A stretch of DNA of 64,000 nucleotides from Squalus acanthias (taxonomy: Eukaryota), in NCBI GenBank assembly GCA_030390025.1, contig CM059427.1:188108001-188172000 (forward strand), read 5' to 3'. Position numbers and translations under genes: made by a program. How positions within the stretch are numbered: position 1 is the first letter of the stretch; each line of letters begins with the position of its first letter. The notes below the pieces were generated by a model. That model was given only the letters and a program-made list of their open reading frames with translations. It made no database searches and had not been told where the DNA came from. Shown one piece after another: positions 25,211 through 37,805 of the stretch.

Positions 25211-25969
25211 AGATGATCCTCAGATTTCTCCATTTTTAGATGTAAAACAAAATCAATGCCCATTTTTATGCTTATATCTAAATAGTTTTAAAATGCAGCA
25301 AAAAAGGTTCCGAAAAATCAAACCTTGTGCCTTCTAAAGTTGTACCTCTCCTAAAACTTTCAGAAACTTCTGCTTTGTCTCCTTCAAGATGAGTAATAAT
25401 TTTGGGTGCACATTGCAACATAAATTACAAGTGTTCGCACATTGCAAACTCACATTCAGGGTGGTTTTGGAGTTGTCGGTCTTTCTGATGAGGAGACAAC
25501 TTTCTTTTGAAGCTGTTGGTCAGTTTTTCATCAGTTGCAATGTATTTATGTCTTGACTTCAACACATTGAGGATGTGGGTAAGAGGTAGAATGAGTCAGA
25601 TGGCAAATTTGTACCTTAGGAGGAACAAGAGAGAAAAGCTCAGAGAAGCATTAAACTTAACAATATGAATAATATAGAAAGACAAGACAGGTCACAAAGG
25701 GGAATGAGGAAGATTCAAAGTTCTGGCCCATCATCTTCCACCACTCCTTTCATTATAACACAACAGATTCTCTGATTTACCATGAGTTCTGCCATTTGAG
25801 ATCCTCCAGTAACATTTACAATAACAGATCCCAATATTGGCCCCTTTGCTACCCATCCTGAAATGTTTGTGTGGTTGAATTTGAGCTACCATCTGTTTCC
25901 TTTTTGGAGCCAATTTTCTGTCTCAGCTCAAACGTCCACAACACCAATGATGTCTGAACCCTGCGCTGA

Positions 25970-26002
25970 AAGGGAAGAGGAAGCTCGCCAGCCCTGTGGT
26001 TT
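25970..26002 (+). promoter_or_regulatory. Putative promoter core, tandem ETS (GGAA) plus RUNX (TGTGGT) sites, copy B
   Basis: gggaagaggaag..ccctgtggttt, conserved at 47841-47871, about 125 bp upstream of a conserved splice donor. Confidence 0.5.
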
Positions 26003-26127
26003 CACAAGAGTCAATGCTATTTACTTTGTGCAGAGCAACGACTGAGAGCCTCAGTGTGTTGTGTGTCGCTGTGCTGGGAGCTTTGCTGCTCAGTCTCTGG
26101 ACTTCTTCACTAGTCTCTTCCCACAAG
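26003..26127 (+). other. Putative non-coding exon 1, copy B (start approximate)
   Basis: Donor CAAG/GTAGGC at 26127/26128, conserved in copy C, lying upstream of the ATG-bearing leader exon. Confidence 0.55.
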
Positions 26128-26949
26128 GTAGGCAATCTTACTGCAATCATTCTTTTTAAAGGATTGATTCAAATGTGGTTTGAATAACTGATCACATTTC
26201 TTAAAGATGTTGCACCCTTTAGACTAAACAAGGGCATTAAGTGCTTATTTATTTTGTTTCCTCTTCTATTTCACAAACTCCTATAAGAGGGTTTCTTACA
26301 ACTCAATGACTGCCGTCTGCTATTTTACACATTTTAAGCTTTCCTGCTTGTTGCCTGGTTGATATAAAATTTTAGTCTTTAACTGAATTTGTTTTTTCTG
26401 GTTTCCCAAGTGATGCTCTGGTTCTGTTTGAGGTTTTCATTGTCCTTCAAAGTTCTGCTGGCGATTCAGTTCTTTGACTAATCAGTGATGCCCAATTTAG
26501 TTGAAAACGTCTCCCAGAGAAATAGGAAGTAAAAGAGTGAAAAACTAAAATGTGAGAGAAGAGATGAACCATTACGGGCAAACTTGATTGGCAGCCCTTA
26601 GTGTGGGCTTGACGACTGCCCCTACTTTTAGTTCAGCTCCTCCAGTGAATATGATACAGGGAAAAGCAGAAGCTCTAATTGACCTAAGGATCTGCCTGAA
26701 ACCCGTTACCTTGTAATTGAGCTCGGAAAGCACAGCAATTACACCTTGCAGTCTGAAATCGTCACATTGAGTTATCATAGTTTCCCTTTATCGGCACAGT
26801 AATACAGTGTGTGTGAGATGGTCCAATGCTCCTGCCCTTATAAACCAGCCTCTGACCTACTGTGAGCAGCACCATAGCAGATACACTACCGTTAAAGAAT
26901 TCTGTTTGGAAATCTATAAACAGAAAGATTACAGCCTATTTACAGTCAT

Positions 26950-27237
26950 TTGGATCTTTAAAATATCGGACAATAATAAAATCATCATGGGCTAGCCTAA
27001 CTGGTCCTGACTTAGGCCATGTAAGTAACACAAAGCAGTAGATGGTTCTCTTAGTGTCACAGTTTTAGATGAAGCACGTTTGTGCCTTGGGCAGGTCGAT
27101 GAATGATGTCGATGTGGTTAATCTAAAACTGTGACACTAAGATAACCATCCACTGCTTTGGGTCATCTGATCTAACTGAGGACCATTTAGACAAGCCCAT
27201 GGCCATTTCATTAATGTCCGACATTTTAAAGATCCAT
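26950..27237. repeat. Imperfect inverted repeat, ~120-bp arms with a 50-bp loop
   Basis: ttagtgtcacagttttagat / atctaaaactgtgacactaa, and tggatctttaaaat / attttaaagatcca. Confidence 0.8.
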
Positions 27238-27347
27238 AAAAAAATGTTTTCATATGTTTCAGACTTGATATGATATGTTTTATTTCCAAATATAAAAATT
27301 ATTAGTTTCACATAACTTTCAGACAAAACATTCCAAATATAAGGTAT

Positions 27348-27750
27348 CAGCTGTGGCTCAGTGGTTGCACTCTCGCATCTGAGTCAGAAGATTGTGGGTT
27401 ACAGTCCCACTCCCACTGAGCACATAATCTAGGCTGATACTTCAGTGCAGTATTGAGGGAGTGCTGCACTGTTGGAGGTGTCGTCTTTTGATTCCCTACC
27501 TGCCCTATCAGGTAAATCTTAATGATCCCAGGGCACTGTTTCAAGAAGAGCAGGGCTGTTCTCGTGTTGTCCTGGTCAACATTTGTTCCTTACCAAACAT
27601 CTAAAACAGGTGTTCTGGTGATATACTTCATTATTGTTTGTGGAACTTGCCGTGCACAGATTCGTTGCCGTGTTTACTACGTTAAAAATGTACTTTATTG
27701 GAAAGTGTTTTAGGATGTCCTGAGGTTGTGAAAGGCTCGATATAAATGCT
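27348..27750 (+). mobile_element. tRNA-derived DeuSINE (SacSINE1-like)
   Basis: A box tggctcagtgg, B-box-like ggttacagtccc, central gaagagcaggg..gtcctggtcaacattt, and L2-type tail gtcctgaggttgtgaaaggc..tataaatgc. Confidence 0.75.
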
Positions 27751-28102
27751 ACAGGTATGTTTGAGGCAGAGACAATTGCATCTTTAATGTGAAATTGGAT
27801 AAACTTTTGAAGCATGAGATAAGATTTAGGGCTATGAGAGAGAGTGGGGCAGTGGGATTAGTTTATGAATTGTTCTAGCAAAGTGCTGGCACAGACACAA
27901 CGGGACAAATTCTTCTGTGACGTAATCTTCAATGTCTCTATAGAAAGGGGAGATGGCACTGAAGATTATAGTGAACAATTATCATTGTATCCATCAGAAA
28001 GAGCCTAATCTTGGGGGTAGTCATTTACTTGCTCGACCTTGGCACCAGCTACGGACACGACAACGGCACACCCAGCCCAGTCGACCCTCCAAAGTCCGGT
28101 AA

Positions 28103-28400
28103 CTCCTGCACTACCTGCCTGGTCCTCCTCTTCTGTCTGGCGGTCACCCATTCCCTCTCTGCCTGCATACTCTTAAGCTGCGGGGTGATCACCTCTAGAA
28201 ACGTGCAATCCATGTAACTCTCAGTCTCGCGGATGCACCGCAGTGACTCCAGCTGCCGCTTAAGCTCCGAAACCCGGAGCTCGAGTTGCTGTAGCTGGTG
28301 ACACTTCCCGCACATGTGGTCATCCAGGCTACGCGAAGCGTCCAGGACTTCCCACATGGCACAGGATGTGCACTCCACGGGACTGAGCTGTCCTGCCATG
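28103..28400 (-). mobile_element. CR1 ORF1 N-terminal fragment (zinc finger plus leucine zipper)
   Basis: MAGQLSPVECTSCAMWEV..HMCGKCHQLQQLELRVSELKRQLESLR. Confidence 0.85.
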
Positions 28401-28539
28401 CCTCTATTTAATAGACTAAGAACTAACCTAGCAGAAATAAACTTAAAACTTAACAAAAAACAGTCCCCAGCTACTCACCAATCAGCTCTTTCCCTCTATT
28501 TAATAGGCTATTAACTAACTTAGCAGAAATAAACTTATT

Positions 28540-29299
28540 GGGGTAAAAATCCGGTTACTTTGCGCCTCCTGTTAGCGCCCTTAGAGGGCGCTAACTGGCG
28601 CTAACTGGGCGCTAATGGGGCGCAAAGCAACTAGCATCCAGGCGCGGTGTCGCCAACGCCTCTCGCGAAATTCAGCGAGAGGTTAGCTGCGGCTGTAACC
28701 GTTAGCGCCCCACAGCGCTGTTCCGCCGGCGATGACGTCATCGTCATGCGCAGCTCCCTGCCCGCGCCGCGGCCACTATCTTCGGTAATGCCCCCTGAAT
28801 TATCGCCGGACGGTATGTCCGACGGGATCAAGGGGCCCTAACTGCAGCCGGGGCGACGATATTTAAAGGCGAGGTGCTGGGTGGCCATTTTTGTTGCTGG
28901 CCACCTGCCAGCACCGACCTCCGCTGCCATCCCCGGCCTCCTGACCTGCCTCCCCACGGACTGCCGGCTGCGTTCCTTGAGCCTGGCACTTCTCTTGAGT
29001 GCCGGGCTCTTTTGCCGGCACTCCAATCCCCGGTGGCCCAGTTGGGACCTGGGTCGCGCTGCTTAAGGCCATTCCTCTTTAAGAAGGGGAGGAAGGCCTG
29101 CAGTACCGCGGCACGTAGCACCGCGATATTCCCTCGCAGCGCCCAAGAGGGAGGTGGAGCGCTTCCAGTAGCGCCCCGCTTCCCTCTGGGGGCGCTACCA
29201 CTCAATTTCGGCCGTGGGGATGCTAATTTTTCCGGGGTGCTAAAAGAAGCGTTCCGGTGAAGTTAACGCCCCAAAGGGGGCGTGACTCAATTTTTCCCC
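28540..29299. mobile_element. GC-rich MITE (family 2)
   Basis: Termini ggggtaaaaat / atttttcccc; tagcgcc sub-repeats as in 11731-12466. Confidence 0.75.
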
Positions 29300-29489
29300 A
29301 TAAACTTAAAAAATATATAGTCACCAACTAATCACCAATCAGCTCCTTCAATTGTGCCGATGTCACTTTTTTTTACTCTGACGTCACTTTTTCAAAACAG
29401 CCTCTGTTGAGTTGCTGCTGCTCGTTTAACTGCTCCGCTCTCGCTGTGCTCCCTCCAGCTCCACTCCCTCCAGTCTCTCTAGGTCCGCT

Positions 29490-30022
29490 CTTTCCTGATC
29501 TAATAAGATCATTGAAACGTTTGCGGCACTGTACCCAGGCCCTCCTGACCACATCCCTGCTGGTGACCTCCTCTGCAATCTCTAACCAGGCTGTTTTGGT
29601 GTCCTGGGGAGGTCTCTTTCACCCATTGGTAGGGAAGAGGACCTTCCTGCGAGCTCTGACTCCCTCCATAATCATATGGAGAGAGGCATCGGAGAACCTG
29701 AGTGCGGCCCTCTGCCTCTTGTGCAGTCATTGTCAAAGTGTTTGCAGCTCTCCAATGCTATAGTGCACTGACAGCACTATGTTAGATTAACCTCAAATGT
29801 AATGTGGTCACGGCCCCTTTAAAGATCCCGGCTGAAAACACGTCATGAATGACGTCACCAGACCCGCACCATTTAATTGGTCCGGGTAACGCGCAGTGCG
29901 GGCTTAATAGGCCCTATTAACATGAAGTCATTTTGTGGAGCGGGATGGAGTCAGCAACGGGGTCGTGACCCATCATGGCCACCGCCCACGCCGGACCCGC
30001 CCAGGTAGGGAAAACTCTGGCC
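29490..30022 (-). mobile_element. Harbinger remnant encoding the Myb/SANT-like DNA-binding ORF
   Basis: A minus frame absent from the ORF track reads RFSDASLHMIMEGVRARRKVLFPTNG*KRPPQDTKTAWLEIAEEVTSRDVVRRAWVQCRKRFNDLIRSG. Terminus gggaaaactctggcc; homology to copy C (52878) resumes right after it. Confidence 0.85.
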
Positions 30023-30313
30023 TATGTGGCTGGTGGATAAGAGGTGCATTATTCATGGTCCATCGTATATTAGGATGAGTAACTTTTGTTACACTTCTCA
30101 CAGGAAGAGGTGGTGTACTTTACTGAAGAAGGTTATTGTACATTTTACAGTTCCAAATTAGAATGGGGAAATAATTTGGAAAGCTGTTTTACCACATTTT
30201 TTTTCTTCACAGTCTGAAGTGTTAAACATATTCAGGAAATGTGCCTCGGTTTTACTTCTGGTGGTTTTCTGGAGCTATATATATTTCTATATCTATTTGT
30301 ATATTTCTTACAG

Positions 30314-30423
30314 GCAAAGAGATGGAATCTGTGAAATGAGGCTATGATTTTGCTGCAGCAAAATGCCAGCTGGTTTGATGTTCAGTTTCTTTGTGTTTCT
30401 ACTTCCGTCTGTTTTCACACAAA
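30314..30423 (+). CDS. Signal-peptide exon, copy B (ATG at 30363); no Ig exons found downstream in its own copy
   Basis: ttcttacAG acceptor; MPAGLMFSFFVFLLPSVFTQ plus 1 nt; donor GTACGT. Confidence 0.75.
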
Positions 30424-30555
30424 GTACGTGCCTTTTTTCCACCAATCACAATCATATTTTTTTACTTCATCTTAGTGTTTAACGAATTCACACACCTAGT
30501 ATTCAACAAGTAAGTAAGGTCTTTATTTTCCTGTCCCTGCTCCTTTAAACAGGGT

Positions 30556-31313
30556 GGCCCGTATTTTCCGATCACAGGCCTCCCGCGGGCGGTGGACTGC
30601 AATCAGGAAAAATCTGCGCCCTTACCTGAAGGCTCCCGGGAGGCGCACAGTTCCGATGCTGGGCCTCTCCAAACTGCCGGTGCGCAGGGCCCACGTATCC
30701 CAGAGGCGCAGGTCGTTCGCAGCGTCCCTGGGATTACGTGGGCCATGGGGAGCCAATAAGAGAAGGGAATCTCCCTTCATACATTTGACAGGAAGACCTG
30801 TCAAATATATGAAAGGAGATCACCCCCAAAACATCGTAAAACTTGAAATAAATTTAGAAAAAAAAAATCACATTTTTAAAATGACTTGAAAGTACAATAA
30901 ATTAACTATTTTAAACAAAACTTTAAATTTTTCAAAAAAATAATTAAAGTTTTTAACTGGGATAAAAATAAACTTACCTTTTTTCAAAGTATTTTTAAAT
31001 GATAAATCAGTGGAAATTTTAAAAAAACTTTTTTCAACTCTTATCCTGGTAAAAGCCAGCCTTACACCTGCTTTTACCAGGCGCAAGAATTGTAAGGGTT
31101 TTCTGCGGGCGGAGGGTCGGCAGAAAGCGGAAATCTCCCCCCGCAGAGGCCCTGCTCCAGGGCAGCCAGAGGATCTGTCAAGAGCTTTCTTCACAGATCG
31201 GAAATGCCGGTTTCCCACGCATGTGTAGTGCATGCCTGAAACCGGCATTTCCGATGTCCCTACGGGTGAGTACACAGCGCGGACACACCCGTAGGGATCG
31301 GAATATCCGGCCC
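30556..31313. mobile_element. MITE family 1 (mirror copy at 36806-37563)
   Basis: Termini ggcccgtattttccgatc / gatcggaatatccggccc. Confidence 0.85.
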
Positions 31314-31667
31314 ACGTGATTTCACTTTTGAGATTCAAGCAATGGAATAAAATGAAAAATGTTCGTATACTTCTCATTGCTCTTCAACTCCATTTCCCGA
31401 TCCATCTATTAATCTTTCTATCTGTCTGTACATCGACTCTTGCATACAGCAAACGTCCATCACACAGCTCGATGTCACATTTCAAAGTGTCACACTCACT
31501 CTGTGGAGCACTCTCTGTATTCCACGATATTTCAGATTTCAAGAGCCTAACAGATTGAATGTGGTAAAGAATGGTTTCAAAATTAATAACAATATTAAAA
31601 TGTTAGTAAATGTTTATAAAATTAGGAATTATTGAGAACCCTTTGTTGCTCAAGCCTGTGCGACTTA

Positions 31668-32525
31668 TAAGAACATAAGAACATAAGACGTAGGAGCAGG
31701 AGTAGGTCATTTGGCCCCTCGAGTCTGCTCCGCCATTCAATAAGATCATGGCTGATCTGATCTTGGCCTCAACTCCACTTCCCTGCCCACTCCCATAACC
31801 CTTGACTCCCTTATCATTCAAAAATCTGTCTATCTCCTCCTTAAATATATTCAATGACCCAGCCTCCACAGCTCTCTGGGGAAGAGAATTCCAAAGATTC
31901 ACGACCCTCTGAGAGAAGAAATTCCTCCTCATTTCTGATTTAAAAGGGTGCCCACTTATTCTGAAATTATGCCCCCTAGTTCCAGATTCCCTCATGAGGG
32001 GAAACATCCTCTCTGCATCTACCCTGTCAAGCCCCTTCAGAATCTTATATGTTTCAATAAGATCCCCTCTCATTCTTCTAAACTCCAATGAGTATAGGCA
32101 CAACTTGCTCAACCTTTCTTCATAAGATAATCCCTTTATCTCCGGAATCTTCTCAGAACTGCCTCCAACGCAAGTATATCCTTCCTTAAATAAGGAGACC
32201 AAAACTGTACGCAGTACTCCAGGTGTGGTCTCACCAACGCCCTGTACAGTTGTAACAGGACTTCCCTACTTTTATACTCCATTCCCTTTGCAATAAAGGC
32301 CAACACTCCATTTGCCTTCCTAATTACTTGCTTTACCTGCATGCTAACTTTTTGTGATTCATGTACAAGGACCCCCAGATCCCTCTTTACCTCAGCATTT
32401 TGTAATCTCTCCCCATTTAAATAATAATTTGCTTTTTTATTTTTCCTACCAATGTGGAATCCGATAATCTCGCATTTTCCCAAATTAAACTCCATCTGCC
32501 AGATTTTTGCCCACTCACTTAGCCT
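31668..32525 (-). mobile_element. CR1 3' RT end and 3' UTR (mirror copy at ~35580-36445)
   Basis: LYRALVRPHLEYCVQFWSP..RRMRGDLIETYKIL..FFSQRVVNLWNSLP; (ataagaac)n tail. Confidence 0.95.
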
Positions 32526-33620
32526 ATCTTTTTTTTTATTCGCTTATGGGATCTGGGCGTCGCTGGCAAGGCCAGCATTTATTGCCCATCCCTAGTTGCC
32601 CTTGAGAAGGTGGTGGTGAGCCCCCTTCTTGAACCGCTGCAGTCCGTGTGGTGAAGGTACTCTCACAGTGCTGTTAGGTAGGGAGTTCCTGGACTTTGAC
32701 CCAGCGACGATGAAGGAACGGTGATATACTTCTAAGTCAGGGTGGTGTATGACTTGGAGGGGAACCTTTAGGTGCTGGTGTTCCCATGCGCCTGCTGCCT
32801 TTGTCCTTCTAGGTGGAAAAGGTCACGGGTTTGGGAGGTGCTGCCGAAGAAGCCTTTGTGGTTCTGCTTTTTAATTTAGCCCCTAGCTGCTCATACTCTC
32901 TCAGAAGAACCTTTTTCTTTGTCCTACCTATGTCGTTGTTACCTACATGGACCACGACAACTGGATCTTTCCCCTCCCACTCTAAGTTCCTCTCCAGCCC
33001 AGAGGAAATGTCTTTTACCCTGGCACCGGGCAGGCAACACAGCCTTCGGAACTCACGCTTTCGGCTGCAGAGAACAGTATCTATCCCCCTAAATATACTG
33101 TCCCCTACCACTACCACATTTCTCTTTGCTCCCTCCACTTGAAAGGCTCCCTGTACCATGGTGCTTTGGTCAGTTTGCTCATCATCGCTGCAGTCCCTGC
33201 TCTCGCCCACACAAAGATTAAAAACCTCATAACTGTTGTACAAGAGCAAGGGCTGAGGATGATGGTACACACTGCAGCCACGGTACGCCGGTGCTGGAGG
33301 GAGTGAATGTTTAAAGTGGTGGATGGGGTACCAAGCAAACGGGTTGCTTTGTCCTGGATGCTGTCGAGTTTCTTGAGTATTGTTGGAGCTGCACTCATCC
33401 AGGCAAGTGGAGAGTATTCCATCACACTCCTTACTTGTGCCTTGTAGATGATGAAAGGCTTTGGGAAGTCAGGAGGTGAGACACTCGCCGCAGAATACCT
33501 ATCCTCTGACCTGCTCTTGTTGCCACATTATTTATGTGGCTAGTCCAGTTAAGTTTCTGGTCAATGGTGACCCCCAGGATGTTGATGGTGGGGGATTCGG
33601 CGATGGTAATGCTGTTGAAT
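32526..33620 (-). mobile_element. L2/CR1-group LINE 3' fragment interrupted by a CR1 ORF1 esterase fragment (~32857-33255)
   Basis: MEYSPLAWMSAAPT..LDSIQDKA; the insert reads VVVVGDSIFRG..CCLPGARVKD..VHVGNND (SGNH/GDSL-like). Confidence 0.85.
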
Positions 33621-34397
33621 ATCTATATCCCTTTGGAGATTCTTTGCGTCCACCACACAGTTTGCTTTCCCACCTATCTTTGTATCATCATCAAATTTGG
33701 CTACATTACACTCAGTCCCTTCATCCAAGTCATTAATATAGATTGTAATTAGTTGAGGCCCCAGCACTCATCCCTGCAGCACCCCACTAGTTACAGTCTG
33801 CCAACCTGAAAATGACCTATTTATCCCGACTCTCTGTTTGCTGTTAGTTAGCCAATCCTCTATCCATGCTAATATAATACCCCCAACCCCGTGAGCTCTT
33901 ATCTTTTATGTGGCACCTTATCGGATGTCTTCTGCAAATCTAAATACACAGCATCTACTGGTTCCCCTTCATCTACCCTACTCGTTACATCCTTAAAGAA
34001 CTCCAGCAAATTTGTCAAACATGATTTCCCTTTCATAAAACCATGCTGACTCTGCTTGACTATATTATAATTTTCTAAATGTCCTGCTATCACTTCCTTA
34101 ATGATGGACTCCAGCATTTTCCCAATGACAGATGTTAGGCTAACTGGTCGATAGTTGCCTGCTTTCTGTCTCCCTCCTTTCTTAAATAGGGGCGTTACAT
34201 TCTCAGTTTTCCAGTCCGCATGGACCTCTCCAGAATCCAAGGAATTTTGGTAGATTACAACCAATGCATCCAGTATCTCTGCAGCCACCTCTTTTAAGAC
34301 TCTAGGATGCATGCCATTTGGTCCAGGGGATTTGTGCACCTTTAGTCCCATTAGTTTGCCTAGTACTTTCTCTCTAGTGATAGTGATTGTTTTAAGT
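33620..34397 (-). mobile_element. CR1 RT fragment in the palindrome spacer
   Basis: ORFs 33899-34351 and 33561-33767 carry CR1 RT motifs. Confidence 0.9.
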
Positions 34398-37300
34398 TGC
34401 CCCCCCCCCCACCCCTGAAGGGATAATTACAAGTCCTAGCCCTTTCGGACTATCCCAGATCAGGCCTATTCCCCAGACGTTTACTCTCAACTAAAGTTAG
34501 CGGTAGCCGGATCCCAAAAGACGCTTAATTGGGTCTAAAGGTCAGACTACCTCTCCCTAAAGGAAAGAAACAGTCTAAAGATGTTACCATCCTCCAGATA
34601 GTACTTTCAATAAGTTTAACTAGACTGTCTCACCTCCTGACTTCCCAAAGCCTTTCATCATCTACAAGGCACAAGTAAGGAGTGTGATGGAATACTCTCC
34701 ACTTGCCTGGATGAGTGCAGCTCCAACAATACTCAAGAAACTCGACAGCATCCAGGACAAAGCAACCCGTTTGCTTGGTACCCCATCCACCACTTTAAAC
34801 ATTCACTCCCTCCAGCACTGGCATACCGTGGCTGCAGTGTGTACCATCATCCTCAGCCCTTGCTCTTGTACAACAGTTATGAGGTTTTTAATCTTTGTGT
34901 GGGCGAGAGCAGGGACTGCAGCGATGATGAGCAAACTGACCACAGCACCATGGTACAGGGAGCCTTTCAAGTGGAGGGAGCAAAGAGAAATGTGGTAGTG
35001 GTAGGGGACAGTATATTTAGGGGGATAGATACTGTTCTCTGCAGCTGAAAGCGTGAGTTCCGAAGGCTGTGTTGCCTGCCCGGTGCCAGGGTAAAAGACA
35101 TTTCCTCTGGGCTGGAGAGGAACTTAGAGTGGGAGGGGAAAGATCCAGTTGTCGTGGTCCATGTAGGTAACAACGACATAGGTAGGACAAAGAAAAAGGT
35201 TCTTCTGAGAGAGTATGAGCAGCTAGGGGCTAAATTAAAAAGCAGAACCACAAAGGCTTCTTCGGCAGCACCTCCCAAACCCGTGACCTTTTCCACCTAG
35301 AAGGACAAAGGCAGCAGGCGCATGGGAACACCAGCACCTAAAGGTTCCCCTCCAAGTCATACACCACCCTGACTTAGAAGTATATCGCCGTTCCTTCATC
35401 GTCGCTGGGTCAAAATCCAGGAACTCCCTACCTAACAGCACTGTGGGAGTACCTTCACCACACGGACTGCAGCGGTTCAAGAAGGGGGCTCACCACCACC
35501 TTCTCAAGGGCAACTAGGGATGGGCAATAAATGCTGGCCTTGCCAGCGACGCCCAGATCCCATAAGCGAATAAAAAAAAAAGACAGGCTAAGTGAGTGGG
35601 CAAAAATCTGGCAGATGGAGTTTAATTTTGGAAAATGCGAGATTATCGGATTCCACATTGGTAGGAAAAATAAAAAAGCAAATTATTATTTAAATGGGGA
35701 GAGATTACAAAATGCTGAGGTACAGAGGGATCTGGGGGTCCTTGTACATGAATCACAAAAAGTTAGCATGCAGGTAAAGCAAGTAATTAGGAAGGCAAAT
35801 GGAGTGTTGGCCTTTATTGCAAAGGGAATGGAGTATAAAAGTAGGGAAGTCCTGTTACAACTGTACAGGGCGTTGGTGAGACCACACCTGGAGTACTGCG
35901 TACAGTTTTGGTCTCCTTATTTAAGGAAGGATATACTTGCATTGGAGGCAGTTCTGAGAAGATTCCGGAGATAAAGGGATTATCTTATGAAGAAAGGTTG
36001 AGCAATTTGGGCCTATACTCATTGGAGTTTAGAAGAATGAGAGGGGATCTTATTGAAACATATAAGATTCTGAAGGGGCTTGACAGGGTAGATGCAGAGA
36101 GGATGTTTCCCCTCATGAGGGAATCTGGAACTAGGGGGCATAATTTCAGAATAAGTGGGCACCCTTTTAAATCGGAAATGAGGAGGAATTTCTTTTCTCA
36201 GAGGGTCGTGAATCTTTGGAATTCTCTTCCCCAGAGAGCTGTGGAGGCTGGGTCATTGAATGTATTTAAGGTGGAGATAGACAGATTTTTGAATGATAAG
36301 GGAGTCAAGGGTTATGGGGAGCGGGCAGGGAAGTGGAGTTGAGGCCAAGATCAGATCAGCCATGATCTTACTGAATGGCGGAGCAGGCTCGAGGGGCCAA
36401 ATGACCTACTCCTGCTCCTACATCTTATGTTCTTATGTTCTTATAAGTCGCACAGGCTTGAACAACAAAGGGTTCTCAATAATTCCTAATTTTATAAACA
36501 TTTACTAACATTTTAATATTGTGATTACTTTTGAAACCATTCTGTACCACGTTCAATCTGTTAGGCTGTTGAAATCTGAAATATCGTGGAATTCAGAGAG
36601 TGTTCCACAGAGTGAGTGTGACACTTTGAAATGTGACATCGAGCTGTGTGAAGGACGTTTGCTGTATGCAAGACTAGATGTATAGACAGATAGAGAGATT
36701 AATAGATGGATCGGGAAATGGAGTTGAAGAGCAATGAGAAGTATACGAACATTTTTCATTTTATTAAGTTGTTCCATTGCTTGAATCTCAAAAGTGAAAT
36801 CACGTGGGCCGGATATTCCGATCCCTATGGGTGTGTACGCGCTGTGTACCCACCCGTAGGGACATCGGAAATGCCGGTTTCAGGCATGCACTACACATGC
36901 GCTGGAAACCGGCATTTCCGATTTGTGAAGAAAGCTCTTGACAGATCCTCCGGCTGCCCGGGAGAAGGGCCTCTGCGGGGGGAGATTTCCGCTTTCTGGC
37001 GACCCTCCGGCTGCAGAAAACTCTTACAATTTTTGCGCCTGGTAAGAGCAGGTGTAAGGCCTGCTTTTACCAGGATAAGAGTTGAAAAAAGTTTTCAAAA
37101 AAATTTCCACTGATTTATCATTTAAAAATACTTTGAAAAAAGGTAAGTTTATTTTTAGCCCCGTTAAAAACTTTAATTATTCTTTTGAAAAATTTAAAGT
37201 TTTGTTTAAAATAGTAAATTTATTGTACTTTCAAGTCATTTTAAAAATGTGATTTTTTTTTCTAAATTTATTTCAAGTTTTACTATGTTTTGGGGGTGAT

Positions 37301-37695
37301 CTCCATTCATATATTTGACAGGTCTTCCTGTCAAATGTATGAAGGGAGATTCCCTTCTCTTATTGGCTCCCCATGGCCCACGTGATCCCAGGGACGCTGC
37401 GAACTACCTGCGCCTCTGGGATATGTGGGCCCTGCACACCGGCAGTTTGGAGAGGCCCAGCATCGGAATTGTGCGCCTCCTGGGAGCCCTCAGGTAAGGG
37501 CACAGATTTTTCCTGATTGCAGTCCACCGCCCACGGGAGGCCTACGATCGGAAAATACGGGCCACCCTGTTTAAAGGAGCAGGGACATGAAAATAAAGAC
37601 CTTACTTACTTGTTGAATACTCGGTGTGTGAATTTGTTAAACACTAAGATGAAGTAAAAAAATATGATTGTGATTGGTGGAAAAAAGGCACTTAC

Positions 37696-37805
37696 TTTGT
37701 GTGAAAACAGACGGAAGTAGAAACACAAAGAAACTGAACATCAAACCAGCTGGCATTTTGCTGCAGAAAAATCATAGCCTCATTTCACAGATTCCGTCTC
37801 TCTGC
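37696..37805 (-). CDS. Inverted copy of the signal-peptide exon (ATG at 37756)
   Basis: Identical 61-nt coding part, intact AG acceptor and GTAAGT donor on the minus strand. Confidence 0.7.

Larger units (their letters stand above)
25841..28030 (+). repeat. Paralogous segment (promoter, exon 1, intron 1) duplicated at 47701-50130
   Basis: Long collinear near-identity, e.g. 26035-26140 vs 47905-48010 and 26400-26880 vs 48270-48750. Confidence 0.95.

Noticed and set aside
26014-26127. Hydrophobic ORF MLFTLC..LCVAVLGALLLSLW as the signal peptide
   Set aside because: Ends in phase 0 and hits a stop soon after splicing to 30314; the ATG is absent in copy C; a proper phase-1 leader exon exists downstream.
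27348-27420. tRNA gene (also ~57300-57388)
   Set aside because: A/B boxes run straight into SINE bodies and no full cloverleaf is evident.
29490-29720. Host NAIF1 or MSANTD gene
   Set aside because: In-frame stop, truncated, and lies inside a TIR-ended insertion absent at the paralogous position in copy C.
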